A stretch of DNA of 64,000 nt, from the NCBI GenBank assembly GCA_963678445.1, contig OY782877.1, forward strand, positions 2,602,503-2,666,502, read 5' to 3'. A program made the position numbers and the translations under genes. The notes beneath the pieces were generated by a model. It was not told the origin of the DNA. It saw nothing but the letters and a program-made list of their open reading frames with translations, and searched no databases. This stretch comes from Candidatus Hydrogenedentota bacterium. Lineage in GTDB: Bacteria > Hydrogenedentota > Hydrogenedentia > Hydrogenedentales > G963678445. Each line of letters starts with the position of its first letter. The first letter of the stretch is position 1. Of this stretch, positions 8,305-17,300 are shown in pieces.

Positions 8305-9846
8305 ATGCCGTTGAATGTTTGTGTGCTTACAGAAGCAAGTCCTTTTTCCTGGACGCATCACTATGTCAATGCGTTTCGTCAACGTTGCAATGTTTTTGCC
8401 ATCGGTCCCGTGCCCCCGGATGCTTTTTATACGATGCTGCATCTGGAACACTTAAAGTCTTTGGTGCAACCGCACGATATTACAGAAAGACTGCGTAATA
8501 TCACTGATCTAAAATCGTTATTGCCTACCGGTTTTGTTCCCGATCTCGTTGTTTGTGTGATGCCATGTGTTAGCCAAGACACCTTTTATGCAACAACAAG
8601 CTTAGACTGTCCCAGCGTCTTTATTAGCATCGATATCTGGCAAGATTTTGCAGATTATGAGACAGCCGTAAATTACGATTTTGTTTTTGTAGCGCAACGA
8701 GAATTTGTTCCGTATTTGCGGGCAACGGGCTCGTTGCATCCTGAATGGTTACCGTTGGCCTGTGCTCCCGAAGTGCACCACTCACTGTCCACGCCTCCCA
8801 CACATGATATTGCCTATGTCGGCTCGAGTATTTCCCCAGTGCACAGCGAACGCCTACGATTGTTATTGCGGCTTGAAAAACAGTTTAAAGTAAATCGGCA
8901 GAGTCATGTTTATGGAGAAGAATATTGCCGGGGACTAGCGTCTGGGAAAATCATTTTCAATTACAGCGCTTCTGGTGATCTTAACATGCGGATATTTGAG
9001 GCCATGGCGGTCGGACGTATGCTGTTAACCGATCGTCGTGCTGTCCGAAATGGCTTGCTTGATCTTTTTGAAGAGGGCAAAGAGTTAGTCACCTATACAA
9101 ACGAGGATGACCTGCTTGAAAAGGCTGCCTATTATTTGGCGCATGACGAGGAGCGCGAACGGATCGCGGCGGCAGGACGCGCGGCGGTATTGCAACATCA
9201 TACCTATGCGCATCGTATCGATAGAATATTGGAGGTGGTCGGTCCTGCTTGTGCACGGCAAAAGGCATTTCGGGAAAGCACAGCAACGCCCTCGCCGTTG
9301 CTACAGTTATTGCCTGCCAACCCGGGACGTGTTGCGGATCTGGGTATGAGCGGGTTACTAAGCAAGTATGCGGTTAAGAAATGGGGCGGCGAAAATTTTT
9401 TTGGCGTTTCGCTTGACGAGTGTACGCCGCGTAGCATGCGCTATGATCAGGTTGTGTGTTGGCTAGGAGAGGCGCAAAGCGCCGATACGGTATTGCTTTG
9501 CGATTGTGACACCACGGTACATTCTCTATCCACGCAAATAAGCGCTTCGTGGAAGCTTTTGGATGTTTGCGGAACGCTCATTCTTCTGGTATTGAGGGAA
9601 GCTCTGGAAAAAGCGGATATTCCGACCGATTTTGAGGAGCTCAACACCTGGATGCTCAAGTTGGATTTTTACCTTATCTACGGTAACGTGTTGCGCGAAG
9701 ATATGTTGGTGCTGCGTGCGCGCAAGCGTACTCGACGGATCTACGATGTTTATACCGAACTCAAGCAGAGTTATCCGCTAGAGCACACGATGATGAACCC
9801 CCGTTTTTTTGAAAGCCTTTCAGAAGAAATGCAGAGATTACTGTAA
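8305..9846 (+). CDS. CgeB-family (DUF3880 plus Glyco_trans_1_2-like) glycosyltransferase-domain protein with an additional C-terminal domain of about 180 aa. Paralog 1.
   Basis: The CgeB-like C-terminal GT motif runs KIIFNYS...NMRIFEAMAVGRMLLTD...ELVTYTNEDDLLEKAAYYLAHDEERERIAAAGRAAVLQHHTYAHR. The start was set at the Met aligned to the paralog start (MPLNVCVLTE) with GAGGT upstream. The track ORF starts at 8221. Confidence 0.75.
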   Translation: MPLNVCVLTEASPFSWTHHYVNAFRQRCNVFAIGPVPPDAFYTMLHLEHLKSLVQPHDITERLRNITDLKSLLPTGFVPDLVVCVMPCVSQDTFYATTSLDCPSVFISIDIWQDFADYETAVNYDFVFVAQREFVPYLRATGSLHPEWLPLACAPEVHHSLSTPPTHDIAYVGSSISPVHSERLRLLLRLEKQFKVNRQSHVYGEEYCRGLASGKIIFNYSASGDLNMRIFEAMAVGRMLLTDRRAVRNGLLDLFEEGKELVTYTNEDDLLEKAAYYLAHDEERERIAAAGRAAVLQHHTYAHRIDRILEVVGPACARQKAFRESTATPSPLLQLLPANPGRVADLGMSGLLSKYAVKKWGGENFFGVSLDECTPRSMRYDQVVCWLGEAQSADTVLLCDCDTTVHSLSTQISASWKLLDVCGTLILLVLREALEKADIPTDFEELNTWMLKLDFYLIYGNVLREDMLVLRARKRTRRIYDVYTELKQSYPLEHTMMNPRFFESLSEEMQRLL

Positions 9847-9864
9847 CGAATGCGGAGTGGTGCT

Positions 9865-11391
9865 ATGCCGTTGAATGTTTGTGTGCTTACAGAGGCAGGG
9901 CCTTTTTCCTGGACGCATCACTATGTCAATGCGTTTCGTCAACGCTGCAACGTTTTTACTATCGGTCCTGTGCCCCCGGAAATCTTTTATGACGCACTTC
10001 ATCTGGAACATTTAAAACCTTTAGTGCAACCCCACGATGTTACGACGGAACTGCAGACTATTACCGATCTCAAATCGTTGTTGCCTGCCGACTTTATTCC
10101 CGATCTGGTTGTTTGCGTGATGTCATGCATTGTTCAGCAGGCCTTTTATGCCACGACGAAATTGGATTGCCCCAGTGTCTTTATTAGTATCGACACCTGG
10201 CAAAATTTCAAAGACTATGCTGCTGCCATAAATTATGATTTTGTTTTTGTCGCGCAACGAGAGTTCGTTCCGTATTTGCGAGCAACAGGCTCCGTGTGTC
10301 CTGAATGGCTGCCGTTGGCCTGTGCTCCCGAAGTGCATCATCCACTACCCACGCCTCCCACGCATGATATTTCCTATGTTGGTTCGAGCAGTTCACCGGT
10401 GCACGGCGAACGCATGCGGCTGCTATCGCAACTTGGAAAACATTTTCGCGTGCATCAGCAGAGCAGTGTTTATGGAGACGAATATTGCCGTAGTTTGTCC
10501 GCCGGGAAAATTATATTTAATCACAGCGCCGTGCGCGAAGTGAACATGCGCATTTTTGAGGCTATGGCGGTCGGACGCATGCTGTTGACCAATCGAGAGG
10601 CAGATCGTAACGGACTGTTGACGCTCTTTACCGATGGGGTCGAGCTGGTTACCTATACGGACGAAGAAGACCTGCTTGAAAAGGCTGCCTATTATTTGGC
10701 GCATGACGAGGAGCGCGAACGGATTGCAGCGGCAGGATGCGCGGCGGTATTGCAGCACCATACCTACACGCATCGCATCGATAGGATATTGGAGGTGGTC
10801 GGTCCTGCTTGTGCACGGCAAAAAGCATTTCGGGAAAGCACAGCAACGCCCTCGCCGTTGCTACAGTTATTGCCTGCCAACCCGGGACGTGTTGCGGATC
10901 TGGGTATGAGCGGGTTACTAAGCAAGTATGCGGTTAAGAAATGGGGCGGCGAAAGTTTTTTTGGCGTTTCGTTTGACGAGTGTACGCCGCGTAACATGCG
11001 CTATGATCAGGTTGTGTGTTGGCCAGGAGAGGCGCAAAGCGCCGATACGGTATTGCTTTACGATTGTGACACCACGGTACATTCGTTACCCACGCAAATA
11101 AGCGCTTCGTGGAAGCTTTTGGATGCTTGCGGCACGCTCATTCTTCTGATGTCCCGGGGAACGCTGGCAGAAAATAATCTTGAGCCAGCGCAACTCAATA
11201 TGTGGATGCTCAAATTGAATTTTTACCTTATTTATGCGGGCGTAACGGGGGACGATAGATTTTTACTGCATGCGCGCAAACGTACACGACGCATCTACGA
11301 TATCTATGCCGAGATCAAACAGCACTACCCAATGGAACACACTATGGTAGAGGCTTGTTTTGCCGAAGACGAGCAGTTAAGGCAGTTTTAA
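9865..11391 (+). CDS. CgeB-family glycosyltransferase-domain protein. Paralog 2, in tandem with 8305..9846.
   Basis: Same architecture as paralog 1. Long stretches are near-identical at nucleotide level, for example 9204-9437 against 10764-10997. GGAG lies upstream of the ATG. Confidence 0.75.
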   Translation: MPLNVCVLTEAGPFSWTHHYVNAFRQRCNVFTIGPVPPEIFYDALHLEHLKPLVQPHDVTTELQTITDLKSLLPADFIPDLVVCVMSCIVQQAFYATTKLDCPSVFISIDTWQNFKDYAAAINYDFVFVAQREFVPYLRATGSVCPEWLPLACAPEVHHPLPTPPTHDISYVGSSSSPVHGERMRLLSQLGKHFRVHQQSSVYGDEYCRSLSAGKIIFNHSAVREVNMRIFEAMAVGRMLLTNREADRNGLLTLFTDGVELVTYTDEEDLLEKAAYYLAHDEERERIAAAGCAAVLQHHTYTHRIDRILEVVGPACARQKAFRESTATPSPLLQLLPANPGRVADLGMSGLLSKYAVKKWGGESFFGVSFDECTPRNMRYDQVVCWPGEAQSADTVLLYDCDTTVHSLPTQISASWKLLDACGTLILLMSRGTLAENNLEPAQLNMWMLKLNFYLIYAGVTGDDRFLLHARKRTRRIYDIYAEIKQHYPMEHTMVEACFAEDEQLRQF

Positions 11392-11409
11392 GCGATCTAT
11401 CCTTTGTGG

Positions 11410-11522
11410 TCATGATTAGTGCCTTAAATCGGAAAAGTTATTCTGCAAGACGAAAAAGCTGTTTCGCTCAGGGAGGGCAAGGGGCACCGCATCGCCAGTG
11501 GCGCTGACCAGTGCTCGTGCTT
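11410..11522 (+). repeat. Degenerate copy of the REP-like repeat.
   Basis: ttagtgccttaaatcggaaaagttattctgcaagacgaaaaagctg...ccagtggcgctgaccagtgct aligns loosely to the consensus unit and terminal motif. Confidence 0.4.
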
Positions 11523-11533
11523 GCTGACCCGCT

Positions 11534-12766
11534 TCAGCTGCTAAAAGGGGACTCAGCAATATCAAAGATATGCAGCACACTGCGCCGGCAGGCCTGTAAC
11601 GCACTGCGTTGTTCTTCGTTCAAGACACCCAACTCATCATCCAGCAACAATTCCACAAACCCCAGCACAGCGGACAAAGGAGACTGTAGCCGTTGCGAGA
11701 TGAGCGTCAGGGTTGTTTCACGCAATTCATTAACCTGCTGAAACTCCCGATTAAGCTCCTCAAGCTGCAGATGGGCAACCCGCGAAGCCTCCTGCAATTG
11801 TTTGCGTTCCGAGATGTCATGAAACATCGAGACAAAGAAGCGTTTTTCATCGCGCAAGAACGAACGCACCAAAACCTCTGCATTTCGTTCATTCCCCTCG
11901 GCGGTGTTGATCAGGAATTCACCACGGTACTCACCGTGTGCGCGTAGATTAGACAACTTATTAGCCAGCGTGCCATCGTCAAAAAAGAAACGACGAAAGC
12001 GTTGGCCTACCAACTGCGATTTATCCATTTCAAAGAATTCGGCAGCACGATCATTGGTGTGTGAAATAAACCCGTTTTCCTCATAAACGACAATCGGATG
12101 CGGCATGCTATCCAGGATAGTACGCAGCATAGCCTCTGAAGAAGCCAGCATCTGCGCCTGACGTCGATACTCATACCGGGTCTGATGCAAGCGCTCATTT
12201 AACGTTGACGCCAGCCAGCCAAAAAGTAGAATCGCAAAAAACTGTAAAGCAATCGGGGGGTATGCCAAATTTACCCCCAATAGCAACCACCGTATGATTA
12301 CAGTGAAAGTATAGGCTACGCTACAAAGCAGAGCGACTTGAAAGGGGCCATACTTTTGTGGGGAGTAGGCGCAATAGCCAATAACCAACAAGCCATAGGC
12401 AAGAGAGATGGGGCTCTCCTCACCGCCTGTCATCCCGATGGCCAGACTAATGCTTACGAGATTAAGCAAAAAATTCAGCGGACTCAGAAAAATCCGGTGT
12501 CGCTCAGCATAGAGTACAGCATGCGCATATACATTGTGCGCAACCGTTGCCGTCATCACAAGCCAAAGATTTGGAAGATAATCCGGCGTGATACCTAACG
12601 CATAACACACCACCACACTGAAAAAGCATAAATAACGAAGCGTTAACAGCATCCATTCTATGCGCACAACCGTTGCAAGTCGCGATTTTGTCGATTCCGC
12701 TTCCGGGTCAGGAAGCGAGCCAATAAATGGCGAGTGCACCGTTGTTTCCATACAATTCTGCCTCAC
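11534..12766 (-). CDS. Membrane sensor protein of histidine-kinase ancestry. It has a multi-TM N-terminal sensor, a PAS domain and a degenerate HisKA dimerisation domain, with no HATPase_c domain. It is either a pseudo-kinase or a truncated gene.
   Basis: About 190 aa of hydrophobic helices come first, then a PAS-like region (ILDSMPHPIVVYEENG...FHDISERK), then an H-box-like ISQRLQSPLSAVLGFVELL. In that segment Gln replaces the phospho-accepting His of the canonical SHELRTPL. The ORF stops immediately afterwards, next to a REP-like repeat. Confidence 0.7.
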   Translation of the reverse strand: MRQNCMETTVHSPFIGSLPDPEAESTKSRLATVVRIEWMLLTLRYLCFFSVVVCYALGITPDYLPNLWLVMTATVAHNVYAHAVLYAERHRIFLSPLNFLLNLVSISLAIGMTGGEESPISLAYGLLVIGYCAYSPQKYGPFQVALLCSVAYTFTVIIRWLLLGVNLAYPPIALQFFAILLFGWLASTLNERLHQTRYEYRRQAQMLASSEAMLRTILDSMPHPIVVYEENGFISHTNDRAAEFFEMDKSQLVGQRFRRFFFDDGTLANKLSNLRAHGEYRGEFLINTAEGNERNAEVLVRSFLRDEKRFFVSMFHDISERKQLQEASRVAHLQLEELNREFQQVNELRETTLTLISQRLQSPLSAVLGFVELLLDDELGVLNEEQRSALQACRRSVLHIFDIAESPFSS

Positions 12767-13186
12767 TCAAGTCGTATGCAATTCCAAAGCCAGTACAAAT
12801 CCAGTTCGCATCATAACGGTGCATAGCGGTCTTTGGCAAAAAAAACTTTATCCGCCTCGCCGAAGTTATATTTAGGAGACGTCTTAAAAAGCCCCCCAAA
12901 ATTGTTTCGTCGTTTTTGGGGTGCAGGCTGCGGTAACTATGCAAGCTGCCGCTAATGCGAATACGTATTCTCTCTTGACGGTTGTGCAAGATTCTTTTAT
13001 AATTTTATCTTAGATTCACTCCATTGCCGCAGATTAAAGTATAAGTGAAGAACAGGAACGGCATGGAAAGCTAAAAGAATAGCGCATATAAACGCACATT
13101 GCACCACCAAAATGTAAAAAAAACCTTGCTGCAAGATGCAGACAAAATGCGGGAAAGTGAAAAAAATCAAAAGCGCGACAAGATAT

Positions 13187-13215
13187 TTGACTTTGCGCAC
13201 GACTTGTGTTCTAAT
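13187..13215 (+). promoter_or_regulatory. Putative sigma70-type promoter, TTGACT-N17-TCTAAT, in the AT-rich region upstream of the dockerin-protein gene.
   Basis: TTGACTttgcgcacgacttgtgtTCTAAT. It lies about 255 bp upstream of the 13471 start. Confidence 0.3.
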
Positions 13216-13470
13216 ACGCCACGTATTAGCGTAGGCGGAGTGTCGTTTATTGCACCGCAATATAAATCGCGACATGCCCCTAAAAACGCCAATACACCCC
13301 ACAATTTAAAGGAGAAACCTCGAAGCTTTTGGCCGTTCTGAGCCGAAGATGAACCGAAAAATCCCACTCGATTCGGCTGTAGAGCGCAAAAAGCGTCAAG
13401 GTGTTATTTAGTAGAATTAGTTTAGTCAGTATTCTTTTGGAAAGAATGGAACAACAGGGAGCTAACAAAA

Positions 13471-14283
13471 ATGAAGATGTTGCGTATCAGCCGAAGGAGT
13501 CAACTGGGGCGTTCGAAGTTTGCCCTGGCGCTCATGACCTTGACGTTAATTCTGGGCGTAGCGGCAGTACCGGCCTCGGCCCAAACCGTCACCTATAACC
13601 AAACTGTCCCCGCGACCTATCAAGCTGACAATGAAGTCACCGTAGTTTTGGAACTAACCAAGACTGCCGGCGACGGAGTCATTACCGCCTTGGGTGTTTC
13701 TCTCGTTATTCCCACCGGTTGGGAATTGGTGCTTGAAGCTCCCGATCCTGTCGAAGGACAGCTTTGCATTCCGGATATCACCTACGTATCCCCCAACGAC
13801 GGCCCTCCCGTTTTCGCTAAAGCCCCCTCTCCCGTCTATCTAGACGAAACTGCCGGCGCGGAAGTTTGTAACCCCTACGTTTCCCCCATCGAACTCGTCT
13901 GGGCGCCCAACGAAGCAGCTGAAGGCGAAAATAACGCGCCGCCTACCTTCCCTACCAGCGTCACCCTGAAGCTGAAAGTGCCTGCCGATGCAGATGGCGA
14001 CGTCTCCATTATCGGTACCGCCTTCTACCGTCTCGACGGCACCGAGCAATCCACCGCACCCGCGACCAGCAATCTGAGCCTAGCGACAGGCGTGCGTGGT
14101 GATGCCGATTGTAGCGGTGCGGTCAATATTTTTGACGCCCTCAAGATTCGTCAGCTGCTGGCCAGCCTGATCGACAGCATTGGCTGCCCCGAGCTGGCTG
14201 ACGTAAGTGGCAATGATACAGTTGATATTTTTGATGCTCTTAGAATTAGCCAGTTCCTGGCGGGTTTGGTTGACACACTCTAA
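13471..14283 (+). CDS. Secreted protein with a C-terminal type-I-like dockerin domain and an N-terminal beta-rich domain that may be cohesin-like.
   Basis: Signal peptide MKMLRISRRSQLGRSKFALALMTLTLILGVAAVPASA. Two Ca-binding dockerin segments are present: DADCSGAVNIFDALKIRQLL and DVSGNDTVDIFDALRISQFL. AGGGAG lies 9 nt upstream of the ATG. Confidence 0.8.
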   Translation: MKMLRISRRSQLGRSKFALALMTLTLILGVAAVPASAQTVTYNQTVPATYQADNEVTVVLELTKTAGDGVITALGVSLVIPTGWELVLEAPDPVEGQLCIPDITYVSPNDGPPVFAKAPSPVYLDETAGAEVCNPYVSPIELVWAPNEAAEGENNAPPTFPTSVTLKLKVPADADGDVSIIGTAFYRLDGTEQSTAPATSNLSLATGVRGDADCSGAVNIFDALKIRQLLASLIDSIGCPELADVSGNDTVDIFDALRISQFLAGLVDTL

Positions 14284-14377
14284 GAGCTGTACAAATGAGA
14301 GAAATGCAGTACATGACTGCAAAACCATATTAGCCGGGGCCTCGGCAACGAGGCCTCCCAATCTGGGGAGGTACACA

Positions 14378-17300
14378 ATGAGAACAAAGACAAGTAGGAT
14401 GTTTCGCAGCATGCCCTTGTGGGTGCTTTGCCTGACAGCGCTGTGCGTTGTCAGCAGCGGTGCATTTGCCGCCGTTGGAGACATTACCATTTCAGCACCT
14501 GCTGAAGCACAAAATACCGGTGATACCTTTGAAGTCGAAGTTACCTTCGATGCGGGCACTGGCGTATTAGGTGCATATGATTTAGTGTTTACTTTTGATA
14601 AAACTATTTTTCAAGTCAATAGCGTTGCCGGAGGAACGACCAGTGAATTCAGTGGTCCACCCACCAGCAACGTTCAAAACGATTCCGGCCAAGTGCTTTT
14701 TAACGCCGTGAACGCCGTCAGTCTGACCTCGCCTACCGGTGTAGTCAGCATTGCGCGTTTCACTGTTGAAGTGATTGGCAATCCTTCGGGCGGAACCAGT
14801 AACTTGGGTATTACAGTAACCGCTATTGGCGATACGACTGGTTCGTCCTTTGATACGGTAACACCGGTTGCGGGAACAGTCACACTGACAGAACCGCCTC
14901 TCGACGCTGTGATTGATTTGGCGCTGCCAGATACGTCTCCCGAAGCCAGTTCCCAGTTCACAGCCGAATTAACCATTGATGTTGGTGATAAGGTATTAGG
15001 CGCATATGACTTCAAATTGGTCTACGATAAAGACGTTGTTACAGTAGCGAAGGTCCTTGGTGGTTCGACCAGTGAATTCAGTGGTCCTCCAACCGCCAAC
15101 ATCCAGAATGAGTCTGGTCAAGTTCTGTTTAACGCCGTGAACGCCGTCAGCCTGTCTTCTCCGACGGGTGTAGTCAGCATCGCCAACATCACCTTTGATG
15201 TTGTAGGCGAAGCGGCGAGTTCTACCGCTATCGAAGTGCGCGTAACCGCATTGGGCGACACCGGTGGTTCCAGCCTGACAGTTGAAAACTTCAGCGAAAC
15301 CTTGACGGTAGCCGCAGGGCCACCCGATGCGGTGATCGATCTGGCTCTACCAGAAACCGATCCTGCGCCGAGTTCGCAATTCACGGCAGAATTGACGATT
15401 GATGTTGGTGATGATAACGTATTAGGCGCATATGACTTCAAATTGGTCTACGATAAAGACGTTGTTACAGTAGCGAAGGTCCTTGGTGGTTCGACCAGTG
15501 AATTCAGTGGTCCTCCAACCGCCAACATCCAGAATGAGTCTGGTCAAGTTCTGTTTAACGCTGTGAACGCCGTCAGCCTGTCTTCCCCGACGGGTGTAGT
15601 CAGCATCGCCAACATCACCTTTGATGTCGTAGGTGAAGCAGGCGCTTCTACCGCTATCGAAGTGCGCGTAACCGCATTGGGCGACACCGGTGGTTCCAGC
15701 CTGACAGTTGAAAACTTCAGCGAAACCTTGACGGTGTTGGATCAAGACGTCACTGATCCGACAGCGGTCTGTCAAAGCATCACCGTGCAGCTGGATGCTT
15801 CAGGAGCAGCCAACATCACAGCGGAACAGGTAGACAATGGCAGTTCCGATAATGTCGGTATTGACAGCATGGGCGTTTCGCCGAGTTCTTTCAGCTGTGC
15901 GGATCTGGGTGACAATACCGTTACCTTGACCGTGGCCGATGCAGCCGGTAACAACGCAACATGCGAGGCCACAGTAACCGTGGTGGACAACATTGCGCCA
16001 GTAGCCGTTTGCCAAAACATTACAGTCAATCTGAGTGCATTGGGCACTGCTACAATCACTGCTGCTCAGCTTGACGGCGGAAGTAGCGATAACTGCGGTA
16101 TTACCACCATGACGGCTAGCAAAGACAGCTTTACCTGCGCTGATCTTGGTGCGAATGACGTGACCTTCGCAGTTGAAGATGCCTCCGGAAATGGCGACTC
16201 CTGCACGGCGACGGTAACGGTGGTAGATGTTACGCCGCCGACCATCACCCTGACAGGCGCCAGCCCTGTGACCGTTGAATGCGGTGGCGACTACACCGAT
16301 GCCGGTGCCACTGCAATTGATACCTGCGATGTCGATTTGACGAACAGTATCATAGTCGGCGGTGACACCGTTGATACGACAACGCCGGGAAGCTATACCA
16401 TCACCTATAACGTGAGCGACACAGCAGGTAATGCTGCGACGCAAGTCACGCGTACCGTCAACGTTACCGATACAACAGCGCCAGTCGTTACCTTGAATGG
16501 TGCCGACAGTGTCACCATCGAATGTGGCGACACCTATATTGATGCGGGTGGTACGGCAACGGACAGCTGTGATTCCAGCAGCTTGACGGTAACCACCAAT
16601 GCCGCTACAGCAGTGAATACAGCTGCAGCAGGTACCTACACCGTAACCTTGCGTGCAGAAGATGCCAGCGGCAATGTCGGTACGGCAACACGTGAAGTAA
16701 AGGTGGAAGATACAGAAGCCCCAGTCATTAGCTTGATTGGTTCGGTCGCGGTTGAAGTTGAATGCGGTGGTATCTATGCAGACCAGGGTGCAAGTGCAAC
16801 CGATAGCTGCGCCGGTGACCTGAGCGCCAATATCGTAGTTAACAACCCGGTTGATACAACATCTCTGGGCGAATACACAGTAACCTACAACGTGAGCGAT
16901 GCTACCGGTAATGCGGCTGAGCAAGTCACGCGTACAGTCACGGTCGTTGACGAAGTCGCTCCCACACTGGTGTTAGTAGGCGGCAACGTGACCGTTGAAT
17001 GTGGCGATTCCTACACGGATGCCGGTGCAACAGCGACGGATACCTGTGAAGGCGACTTGACGGCGAGCATCGTTGCCACTGGCATCGACGCCGTTGATAC
17101 GGCAACGCCGGGCACCTACACCATCAGCTACAACGTAAGTGACACCGCTGGCAATGCTGCGGATCAGGTTGCACGCACAGTGCAGGTGATTGACACCACC
17201 ATTCCAGTGATTACCCTGGCAGGTGCAAATCCGCTGACCGTAGACTGCAGCGACAGCTACACCGATCCTGGCGCTAGCGTTGAAGATGCCTGCGACACGA

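Noticed and set aside
12997-13468. Small ORFs (12997..13302, 13099..13341, 13167..13367, 13280..13468) in the AT-rich region upstream of the dockerin-protein gene.
   Set aside because: They are mutually overlapping, lie in very AT-rich intergenic sequence and have no RBS or domain signal. The region is more likely promoter or leader sequence. A sigma70-like motif lies at 13187-13215.
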